From: a virus
Taxonomy: Duplodnaviria > Caudoviricetes
DNA length: 25,997 nt
Strand: one strand, 5' to 3'
Virus record (IMG/VR): IMGVR_UViG_3300018050_000188
Location: 1-25,997 of that record
Below are positions 9,620 through 17,115 of the stretch, in pieces. The translations under genes were made by a program, and so were the position numbers. Every line of letters starts with the position of its first letter. Position 1 is the stretch's first letter. Below the pieces are notes generated by a model. The model made no database searches. It was not told where the DNA came from and worked only from the letters and a program-made list of their open reading frames with translations.

Positions 9620-10437
9620 AGAAACCTAATCGTAAAGATTATCCAAAAGGCACAGTAGGAACTAAACAATATAACGAAGACATGATTGCTTTTGAGCAAT
9701 GGGTTAAGAACGAAGAAGCTAAAAAGAAACTAAACATTTCTCCTATTAAGCTTCCTGGTATTGACCCAGAGGCTGGCATTAATGACGTTCAGGCTAAATC
9801 TTGGTTTAAGTATGGTGCTGCTACCGCTAAAAAGGGAACAGAAGCCTATAAGTATTACCAAAGATTTATCTCTATATTGCAAAAGTCTGGTATACCTAAA
9901 ACAAAATGGCAATCAGTTTGGAACGATGCTGTTGATTGGGTAGGAACTCCTGGCTCTGGCGCAACTGGCGACCCATCTATGTATCTCAATGTGTTCAATC
10001 CAGGAGATTACACTGGTGGAACTGGTAGCACAAAGAAGTATGGAACTTCTAAGCAACGAACAGAAACCACTATTCAATACAGTGCATCAAATGCTGCCGA
10101 CTATATTGGCAAAACATTTGAACAAGAGATAGGTAGAACAGCTACCAAAGAAGAAATTGATGCCTACATCAGAGGTGTTAATGCTGCTGCCAAAAAGGAA
10201 CCAGGTATCTACGAGGGAACAACCACTAATGCTCCAGGCAAGGGTGGGCTTCTAGAAACAACAACAACCAAGGCAACTAGCACAACTCCTTTTGACCCTG
10301 CTGTGTATGCACAAAACTTTGCTAGAAGTCGTCCAGATTTTGCAGAATCTTTTGCAACCAAGAACTTTCTAAAACTTATTGAGGGTCTTCTTAAAGACCC
10401 TAATGCTATTGGAACGGTGGTAAATGATGGCAGGTAA
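9616..10437 (+). CDS. Hypothetical virion protein (~273 aa)
   Basis: GTG at 9616 overlaps the upstream TGA (GTGA), more plausible than the track start at 9568; stop overlaps next gene. Confidence 0.7.
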   Translation: MKKPNRKDYPKGTVGTKQYNEDMIAFEQWVKNEEAKKKLNISPIKLPGIDPEAGINDVQAKSWFKYGAATAKKGTEAYKYYQRFISILQKSGIPKTKWQSVWNDAVDWVGTPGSGATGDPSMYLNVFNPGDYTGGTGSTKKYGTSKQRTETTIQYSASNAADYIGKTFEQEIGRTATKEEIDAYIRGVNAAAKKEPGIYEGTTTNAPGKGGLLETTTTKATSTTPFDPAVYAQNFARSRPDFAESFATKNFLKLIEGLLKDPNAIGTVVNDGR

Positions 10438-11722
10438 ATATACCGTCAAAAAGGGTGACACTCTTTCTAAAATTGCTGCTGCTAATAAAACAACTGTAGC
10501 TGCTATTAAAAAAGCAAACCCTGTTCTTACTACTAATCCCAAGTATAACGGTGGCAATACAATTTTCTCTGGCACTAAGTTAGCAATTCCAGGTAAGACT
10601 ACAACAACTAGCACTGCTAAGCCTAAGACTGGAACAACCACATCTAAAGCAAATGGCACTGGCACTAATACTGGAACAAGCACTGGCACTAATACTGGAG
10701 CCAATACAGGATTTTACACAGCGGGTATATCTGGTTCAATGAACCAGTCACCTGTGTATTCAACAGGTCGCGACACATTATCAATGGCTCAGTTGCAAGC
10801 CCAGTTCGGTATTACGGCTGCGGTTATTGCAAACCAACCAAGCTTATTGGCTGCGCTAAATAAGATTCTTGGTGTTGACGGTGGTCCAATGATTACCGAC
10901 CCAGCATTACAAGAAGCAATTATTAAGGGAACATCTTGGTATCGTGACCAGACAGATACTCAACGCACATACGATTATTACAAAGCCACAAACCCTGGTC
11001 AATTTGCTGCTGACTTGCAGTCTAACGCCAGCAACATTGTAAAGCAGTGGTCATCAATGGGTCTTCAAATCGATGCTAAGACAGCGGTTGAATACGCCAA
11101 CAATATGATGAAGCAAGCCATCATTAAAGATGGCAAGGTGGTTCGCTTTGACCAAGATTATCTAAACAAGATAATGGCTGACTCAATTAAATTTACCAAG
11201 ACCAACTCGGTAGATGGTCGAGTTGTTTACACTGGTCTAGCTGGAAAGCTAGAAACCATGGCTAGCAAGTTGTATCAAAATGCATGGGATTATGGCTATG
11301 CCCAATCAAGTTCAAACGCAAACTTTACTAAGTGGTTTGAAGCAAGCATGAGAGGTCTAGTTGCTGGAACTTTAAATCCAGAAGATGTTGATAATGAATT
11401 ACAATCTAGAGCAAAGTCATTTGCTCCTGGTCTAGCAAAGTATATTGACCAAGGTCAGACTTTACGTCAAGCAGCAGACCCATGGCTTCAGGCAATTTCT
11501 GATACATGGGAAGTAGATATCAACTCTGTTGACCTTAATGATGATTATGTCCAAAGAGCAATTAACTTCCAGGACGAAAAGGGAAACTTCTCAACTATGA
11601 ACTTGTATGATGCAAAGAAACTTGCACGTCGTAGCGATAAATGGGACACAACCCAAACAGCAAAAGAAGAAAAAACTTCTATTGCTTCACGCATTCTTAA
11701 AGACTTTGGATTTTTGGGGTAA
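10424..11722 (+). CDS. N-terminal LysM domain protein with Thr/Gly-rich linker (432 aa)
   Basis: KYTVKKGDTLSKIAAANKTTVAAIKKANP...IFSGTKLAIP at the N-terminus, then a T/G-rich linker and a helical domain. Confidence 0.85.
   Translation: MMAGKYTVKKGDTLSKIAAANKTTVAAIKKANPVLTTNPKYNGGNTIFSGTKLAIPGKTTTTSTAKPKTGTTTSKANGTGTNTGTSTGTNTGANTGFYTAGISGSMNQSPVYSTGRDTLSMAQLQAQFGITAAVIANQPSLLAALNKILGVDGGPMITDPALQEAIIKGTSWYRDQTDTQRTYDYYKATNPGQFAADLQSNASNIVKQWSSMGLQIDAKTAVEYANNMMKQAIIKDGKVVRFDQDYLNKIMADSIKFTKTNSVDGRVVYTGLAGKLETMASKLYQNAWDYGYAQSSSNANFTKWFEASMRGLVAGTLNPEDVDNELQSRAKSFAPGLAKYIDQGQTLRQAADPWLQAISDTWEVDINSVDLNDDYVQRAINFQDEKGNFSTMNLYDAKKLARRSDKWDTTQTAKEEKTSIASRILKDFGFLG
10656..10699 (+). repeat. Direct repeat GCACTGGCACTAATACTGGA x2 (24-nt period) encoding TGTNTG linker
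   Basis: Identical 20-mers at 10656 and 10680. Confidence 0.8.
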
Positions 11723-11726
11723 ATAG

Positions 11727-13436
11727 ATGCCACGATATGACGATTATGTAACCATGCCTTATGACATGTCTATGCCATCAACGATAGAAAACATGCCATA
11801 TGACACATCTATGCCATCAACGATAGAAAACATGCCATACACTCCATCACTAAAAGATGAAGTAGCTAGCCTTCGACAAGCTATTGATTACGATGCAATT
11901 GAAAGACAAAGATTTGCTAACGCTGCAGCTGCTGCAGCTGCAGAACCTGCAGTAACAACTCCAACAAAGTATACAGTTAAACCTGGTGATACTTTATCTG
12001 AGATTGCTGCCAACAATAACCTTTCATTACAAGAATTATATGCTTTAAACCCTAAGTTTAAATCCGACCCTAAGTATCAGGGCGGTAACATGATTTGGTC
12101 TGGAACAACTGTAAAACTTGGAACTGAAACCAAGCCACCAAAGCCAACTCCAACGCCAACCCCCACACCAACAGATACATCTACGGACACATCTACCACA
12201 TCCACAGATACATCTACGGATACATCTACCACATCCACAGATACATCTACGGATACTTCAGGAACAACAAGTGGACCAAACACATCAATTGTAGGTGGAG
12301 ATTGGAGTCCAGGTGCTGGTGGACAAGGACCTGACGCTGCTGCTACAAACGCAATCCTTGACCAGATTAAAGCTTTGACTGAACAGATGGCTCGCATGCA
12401 GGAAGCTGCAGCAAAAGAAGCTGGTAAGCCAAAGGTTGTTGGAACTAGAACCAGACGTAAAACTGGTGGAGTTGTTGAAGTCATCGAAGTTATGTCAGAT
12501 GGCTCTGAAGGTAAAGTAATCGAGTCCTACAAGGACTTTGGTGCTCGTGACTCAGTCATGAAAATGTTTGAAAATACTGGTCTTGGCGATACATTTATTA
12601 AATCGCTTATGGATACTATCGATAACTTGTATAACGAAAACATTATGCCTACAGATTCTCAGGTATTAAATACAATTTATTCAAGCGATGCATATAAAGC
12701 ACGGTTTGCTGCGAACGAAGCTATTCGTAAAAGAATGGCTGAAGGTAAGGGTCGCCCTGGCGATAAGCTTTTATCTCCAGCAGAATACATTGCAACCGAG
12801 GCTACATACAAAGAGATTCTTCAAGAGGCAGGTTTACCTAGTGGTTTCTATGACCAACAAGAAGATTTTAGCAACTTAATCGCAAACTCAATTAGTGCTA
12901 GCGAGCTTACTGCTCGCGTCAACATTGCTGCGAATGCTTTACAAAAAGCAGACCAATCAATTATTAAGTCACTTAAAGATTATTACGGTTTAAGTCAAGG
13001 TGACTTGGTTGCTTACATGCTGGATAACAAGAAGGCATTTGACACTATCAACTCTCGCTTCCAGTATTCAACCGAAGAAGCCAAGTTGATGTATACCTCT
13101 GCAGAAGTCGGTGGCGCTGCCACACGTGCAGGAATAGGTGATGGAATCTCCAAGCAGTTTGCTGAAGAGATTACCAAGGCTGGCAAGGCAGACCTTGCCG
13201 AACGCGCATTCCAAGGTTCAGCCCGCGACCAAGAAGATTACAAGCGATTGATGGAACTCTACGGTGGAACCGCTGGAGTAGAAGACTTGGCACGTGAATC
13301 ACTTGCATTAGCAGGTGGTGCTGAAGTTGGCATCAAGACTAAGAAGCTTGCATCCAAAGAACGCGCTAAGTTTATGACACAAAGCGCAATTGATAAAACG
13401 TCACTTGGTTCAAGAACAAGAAAAGCCGACGTTTAA
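11727..13436 (+). CDS. LysM domain protein with tandem repeats and Pro/Thr/Ser-rich linker (569 aa)
   Basis: LysM KYTVKPGDTLSEIAANNNLSLQELYALNP...IWSGTTVKL (about 11967-12120), PTPTPTP and TDTS repeats, helical C-terminal domain. Confidence 0.85.
   Translation: MPRYDDYVTMPYDMSMPSTIENMPYDTSMPSTIENMPYTPSLKDEVASLRQAIDYDAIERQRFANAAAAAAAEPAVTTPTKYTVKPGDTLSEIAANNNLSLQELYALNPKFKSDPKYQGGNMIWSGTTVKLGTETKPPKPTPTPTPTPTDTSTDTSTTSTDTSTDTSTTSTDTSTDTSGTTSGPNTSIVGGDWSPGAGGQGPDAAATNAILDQIKALTEQMARMQEAAAKEAGKPKVVGTRTRRKTGGVVEVIEVMSDGSEGKVIESYKDFGARDSVMKMFENTGLGDTFIKSLMDTIDNLYNENIMPTDSQVLNTIYSSDAYKARFAANEAIRKRMAEGKGRPGDKLLSPAEYIATEATYKEILQEAGLPSGFYDQQEDFSNLIANSISASELTARVNIAANALQKADQSIIKSLKDYYGLSQGDLVAYMLDNKKAFDTINSRFQYSTEEAKLMYTSAEVGGAATRAGIGDGISKQFAEEITKAGKADLAERAFQGSARDQEDYKRLMELYGGTAGVEDLARESLALAGGAEVGIKTKKLASKERAKFMTQSAIDKTSLGSRTRKADV
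11754..11840 (+). repeat. 39-nt in-frame tandem repeat x2.2 (MPYD[M/T]SMPSTIEN)
   Basis: Units start at 11754, 11793 and 11832; shared core TCTATGCCATCAACGATAGAAAACATGCCATA. Confidence 0.92.
12171..12260 (+). repeat. 33-nt in-frame tandem repeat x2.7 (TDTSTDTSTTS)
   Basis: Units ACAGATACATCTACGGA[C/T]ACATCTACCACATCC at 12171 and 12204, partial unit at 12237. Confidence 0.92.
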
Positions 13437-13447
13437 TAGATTCCGTC

Positions 13448-13553
13448 CCAGACCGTCCAGCCCTGGTGATGTGTATAAGTCTGGAAGTCATCACGTCTAT
13501 AAATCAATACCCCTGTTGAGGAATACGTGTGATGCAAAACCCGATGAGGGTTT
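13448..13553 (+). ncRNA. Putative structured cis-regulatory RNA upstream of scaffold gene
   Basis: Three consecutive stems: CCAGAC/GTCTGG enclosing CCA-gccc-TGG; CATCACGT/ACGTG(tg)ATG enclosing TCAAT-acccct-GTTGA; AAACCC-gatga-GGGTTT. Lies in the only long intergenic gap of the structural operon. Confidence 0.45.
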
Positions 13554-13577
13554 AACTACTAATAAAGGGAGAAAACA

Positions 13578-14027
13578 ATGGCAGAAGAATACCTAGAGTA
13601 TGACTACGAAGATGAAGACAATGGCAGTGGAACTGACCTTGTAAAGAAACTACGAAAGCAAATCGATGCGCTCCAAAAGCAAGTCAAGGAACGCGATGAA
13701 ATTCTTTCGGAATATACAACACTAAGTCACGAAGCATCTATTGGCGAAATCCTAGAACAGTTCGGACTCAATCCTAAGATAGCTCGATTCATCCCAGATG
13801 ATGTCGAGGTTGACGAGGATGCTGTCGCACAATGGTTAAATGAATACGGTGACGCATTCGGTATCGAAGCCGTTGATGAAGGAGAGCAATCTCCTGACGC
13901 TCAAGCATATGAGCAAATGTCAGAGTTTGATGACGGAACAATTGACCCATTTGTTGGTCAAGACTTAGCTTCTCGTATTGCGAACGCAAGTTCGCCAGAG
14001 GAACTAAGTAGCCTACTCAAGCGCTGA
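13578..14027 (+). CDS. Capsid scaffolding protein
   Basis: 149 aa, very acidic, N-terminal coiled coil (LVKKLRKQIDALQKQVKERDE), immediately upstream of capsid gene; SD AAGGGAG. Confidence 0.75.
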   Translation: MAEEYLEYDYEDEDNGSGTDLVKKLRKQIDALQKQVKERDEILSEYTTLSHEASIGEILEQFGLNPKIARFIPDDVEVDEDAVAQWLNEYGDAFGIEAVDEGEQSPDAQAYEQMSEFDDGTIDPFVGQDLASRIANASSPEELSSLLKR

Positions 14028-14060
14028 TAATCCACAATCAACCCCAATTAGAAGGAAATC

Positions 14061-15035
14061 ATGCCAATTACACCAGCAACGTCAACGACGACATCAACAA
14101 TGTCGAACTTGATTCAGACGGCGTATGACAAGTATATTGAGTTTTCCCTTCGTTCAGAACCAATGTTCCGCAAGTTTGCGGACAAGCGTCCTGTCGATGT
14201 GACAAACCCAGGTAACACCGTCGTCTTCCAGGTCTACACAGACCTATCACGTGCTACATCAGCACTAACTCAAACAGAAGACCCAGATGCAGTAACACTT
14301 AACAATACCAACCGCGTTAACGTAACAGTTAACGAATACGGTAATGCTGTTATTACAACTGAGCGTCTTGCTCTTGAGTCACTTTCAGCAATTGACCCAG
14401 CAGTAGCAGACATGTTGTCATTCAACATGCGCGACTCACTTGATTCAATTGTATGGAACCGCTTGACCAGCCTTGCAACAGGTCGTTTCACAGGAACATC
14501 TTCAGCCGATGAGTCAACACTTAACGGACAAGATGTATCTGCATCTACAACAGCAGCAAACATCACAGCAGCTCTTGCTCGCCGTGGTGTAGCAAAGCTA
14601 CGTGGAGCAAACGTTCAACCTCGCGATGGCGGACTTTATACAGCGCTTATCCACCCAGACGTATCATATGACCTTCGTTCAGAAGCTCAATCATCTGGTT
14701 CTGCTGTATGGCAGTTGCCTCACACCTACACAGAAGCTGGCGTAGCCAACCTCTGGAATGGTGAAATCGGTATCTTCGACCAAGTTCGTTATATCGAATC
14801 ACCACGTTGTGAGTCTATCTCAGGTTCTGGAACATCAAAGGTATACGCAACAGTTCTTCTCGGAAAGCAGGCTCTTCTTGAGGCTGTTTCATACGAGCCA
14901 AAGACTGTTATTGGTCCAGTTACAGATAAGTTGATGCGCTTCCGCCCAGCAGGTTGGAAGGCTCTTATCGGTTGGAACATCTACCGCACAGAATCTCGTT
15001 ACGTTATCAAAACTAAGTCAAGCATCGCTTCTTAG
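14061..15035 (+). CDS. Major capsid protein (HK97 fold, N4-gp56-like family)
   Basis: 324 aa; motifs PGNTVVF, VTVNEYGNAV, ALIHPDVSYDL, GEIG..DQVRYIES, GPVTDKLMRFRPAGWK; follows scaffold and precedes a strong hairpin. Confidence 0.9.
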   Translation: MPITPATSTTTSTMSNLIQTAYDKYIEFSLRSEPMFRKFADKRPVDVTNPGNTVVFQVYTDLSRATSALTQTEDPDAVTLNNTNRVNVTVNEYGNAVITTERLALESLSAIDPAVADMLSFNMRDSLDSIVWNRLTSLATGRFTGTSSADESTLNGQDVSASTTAANITAALARRGVAKLRGANVQPRDGGLYTALIHPDVSYDLRSEAQSSGSAVWQLPHTYTEAGVANLWNGEIGIFDQVRYIESPRCESISGSGTSKVYATVLLGKQALLEAVSYEPKTVIGPVTDKLMRFRPAGWKALIGWNIYRTESRYVIKTKSSIAS

Positions 15036-15045
15036 TTTATACAGT

Positions 15046-15071
15046 AAGAGGGGCGGGAAACCGCCCCTCTT
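15046..15071 (+). terminator. GC-rich hairpin after capsid gene (terminator or mRNA-stabilising stem)
   Basis: AAGAGGGGCGG-GAAA-CCGCCCCTCTT, perfect 11-bp stem with GNRA loop; no long U tract. Confidence 0.75.
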
Positions 15072-15086
15072 CATATAAGGAGTTAA

Positions 15087-15287
15087 ATGGCTAAGAAAAA
15101 AAAGGCTGAGGAATTACCAATTGATTTCTTTACGCCACTCCAAGAGTATGCGATACAGGCACATGAGTTATACAACTCGTTTGCACAAGCAGGATTCACT
15201 GAAGGTGAAGCGTGGGAATTAATGATTAGACACCTTCCTGAATGGGAATTAGAAGAACCAGAGTTTAGTGAAAAGGGAGAAGAATAA
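15087..15287 (+). CDS. Hypothetical protein (66 aa)
   Basis: SD AAGGAG; helical motif HELYNSFAQAGFTEGEAWEL; TAATG overlap with next gene. Confidence 0.75.
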   Translation: MAKKKKAEELPIDFFTPLQEYAIQAHELYNSFAQAGFTEGEAWELMIRHLPEWELEEPEFSEKGEE

Positions 15288-15454
15288 TGCCAATGGTTGA
15301 AGGAAAGAAGTTTCCATATACCGCTAAGGGTAAAGCCGCAGCTAAGAAGGCTTCAAAGAAGCACGAAAAGACTGAAGGCAAAATGGAACGAGAAGTTGAA
15401 TACGGTAAGAAGAAGCCTGGCGTTAAGAAGCCTGCGATTAAAAAGAAGAAGTAA
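15287..15454 (+). CDS. Small Lys-rich basic protein (55 aa), missed by ORF track
   Basis: MPMVEGKKFPYTAKGKAAAKKASKKHEKTEGKMEREVEYGKKKPGVKKPAIKKKK; SD AAGGGAG; start overlaps upstream stop and stop abuts next ATG. Confidence 0.8.
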   Translation: MPMVEGKKFPYTAKGKAAAKKASKKHEKTEGKMEREVEYGKKKPGVKKPAIKKKK

Positions 15455-15730
15455 ATGGACCCAAGACTAAAACGAGCTGGTGTATCTGGTTTTAATAAAC
15501 CAAAGAGAACACCTAGCCATCCAACAAAGTCACACGTGGTAGTAGCTAAGTCTGGCTCCCAAGTAAAGACTATTCGTTTTGGTCAACAAGGGGTTAGTGG
15601 CTCACCTAAGAAATCTGGCGAAGGCAAAGCCTATCGCCAACGTCGTCAATCATTCAAAGCTCGCCATGCAAAGAACATATCCAAGGGTGTTATGTCTGCT
15701 GCATATTGGGCAGATAAGGTGAAGTGGTAA
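15455..15730 (+). CDS. Small basic viral protein (91 aa), DUF5754-like
   Basis: Motifs KTIRFGQQG, RRQSFKARH, SAAYWADKVKW recall DUF5754-type proteins (from memory, unverified). Confidence 0.7.
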   Translation: MDPRLKRAGVSGFNKPKRTPSHPTKSHVVVAKSGSQVKTIRFGQQGVSGSPKKSGEGKAYRQRRQSFKARHAKNISKGVMSAAYWADKVKW

Positions 15731-15984
15731 TGGCAAAAGTTTTTAGTGGACCACCAATGCGTATTAAGCTTGGTATGTCAGAAGATTTATGGTTCGTTTC
15801 ATACCCATGGTCTAAAACTGTTGTAAAGAAAAACGGTGTTTGGTCAACAGTTGTTTCACCACAAGATAGCTCATTAAAAGATTATGACCGAGTATTACGT
15901 GGCGGTTATCAAAACCCTATAACAGATGCAGAGGCAGCGGAGTTAACTGCTGCAGGTTATGGAGATTACATTGTCGAAGTGTAG
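15730..15984 (+). CDS. Hypothetical virion-associated protein (84 aa)
   Basis: TAATG overlap gives ATG at 15730; C-terminal RGGYQNPITDAEAAELTAAGYGDYI. Confidence 0.75.
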   Translation: MAKVFSGPPMRIKLGMSEDLWFVSYPWSKTVVKKNGVWSTVVSPQDSSLKDYDRVLRGGYQNPITDAEAAELTAAGYGDYIVEV

Positions 15985-16213
15985 AAGCGGTTGCCCAACT
16001 CAAGACCATGAGTCCTGGGGAGAATGTGCTCGTGTATCCAATATTGGCATTAGCCATGAGGCATCTGCGGTAGCACTTAAAACTACTGATAAAGAATTGA
16101 GTGCCTATCGTGATGCTCGCAAGCTTGGCATTCAACCAGCCTCAACACAAATGAAAGACATTAAAAAAGCGGTCAGGGCATCTGACATTATCGGAAGGGC
16201 AGCACAAGCATAA
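15971..16213 (+). CDS. Small Cys/His-motif protein (80 aa)
   Basis: GGAG at 15961 favours TTG start at 15971; CRSGCPTQDHESWGEC motif is a possible metal site; TAATG overlap downstream. Confidence 0.7.
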   Translation: MSKCRSGCPTQDHESWGECARVSNIGISHEASAVALKTTDKELSAYRDARKLGIQPASTQMKDIKKAVRASDIIGRAAQA

Positions 16214-17112
16214 TGGCAACATTAAATCAGCTGACTGAACAAACAATTGGTGAAGTAAATTCATACGTTAAAAACCAAGAGTCTGTTACCATCACAACAA
16301 ACACAACTACCTCTGGTGATGTAACCATAGCTGTTGACGATGCAACATCTATTAGCCGTGGCATTGTAGAGATTGATGACGAATTACTCTACGTTAAAAA
16401 GACAATTAGTTCTAGCGGAACTATTCAGATTTTAGGAACCGAAGCAAACCCAGTAGGTCGCGGTTGGCGTAGCACAACCGCAACAAGTCACGTATCTGGT
16501 TCTATTGTTAGAAACAATCCAATCTTCCCAAGAAGCCAGGTTAAGAGAGCTATCTTGGAAACAATCAAGGGTATGAACTTTCCTTGTATATCTAATACGA
16601 CTTTTACATTTAATGGTTCCGACTACTCATACATCATGCCAGATGCATTAGAAGACATCACTGGAATCTCATGGGATGTTCCAGACTCAACAGGTGTCTG
16701 GGCAATTATTAAGAACTGGCGACTAGACACAAACTACTTTGATTCAGCAACCAACACAATTAAGAATGCATTGATACTTAAAGAAGCCCCCATGCCTGGG
16801 CGCACAGTTAACGTGCAATATACAAAATACCCAACAGGTATTACCGATAACCAAGAATTAACAGTCAGTGGTCTTCCATCATCTTGTGAAGATGTGGTTC
16901 GCCTTGGCGCTATGTATCGCTTATTGTCAACAGTTGACCCTGGCAAGGTAAGTGCAACATCTGTTTCCGCTGACGTTCTTGACCAACCAGTTCAAGCTGG
17001 TGCTTCTACCAATGCAGCAAAATATATCTTTCAGTTATATACGGTTCGTCTTAGCGAAGAAATCGCTAAGCAACAAGCCAACTTCCTAAACACGATACAG
17101 TATACGAGGTAA
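16213..17112 (+). CDS. Probable head-tail adaptor / tail tubular protein A-like (299 aa)
   Basis: Helical N- and C-termini around a beta-rich middle; located after capsid genes and before fibre genes. Function is inferred. Confidence 0.55.
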   Translation: MATLNQLTEQTIGEVNSYVKNQESVTITTNTTTSGDVTIAVDDATSISRGIVEIDDELLYVKKTISSSGTIQILGTEANPVGRGWRSTTATSHVSGSIVRNNPIFPRSQVKRAILETIKGMNFPCISNTTFTFNGSDYSYIMPDALEDITGISWDVPDSTGVWAIIKNWRLDTNYFDSATNTIKNALILKEAPMPGRTVNVQYTKYPTGITDNQELTVSGLPSSCEDVVRLGAMYRLLSTVDPGKVSATSVSADVLDQPVQAGASTNAAKYIFQLYTVRLSEEIAKQQANFLNTIQYTR

Positions 17113-17115
17113 TAA

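Noticed and set aside
11754-12260. Tandem repeats as a possible CRISPR or mini-array
   Set aside because: Repeats are contiguous, in frame within a CDS and have no unique spacers.
13540-13550. CCGATGAG resembling the hammerhead core CUGAUGA
   Set aside because: Mismatch in the core, sits in a hairpin loop, and no correctly placed GAAA or three-stem junction could be built.
13390-13596. 68-aa + strand ORF spanning the intergenic region
   Set aside because: Non-ATG start without RBS, overlaps both neighbours, no protein-like features; the region is better explained as regulatory.
15030-15047. Capsid stop readthrough or frameshift extension
   Set aside because: In-frame TAA follows three codons after the TAG and there is no slippery site leading into a long frame.
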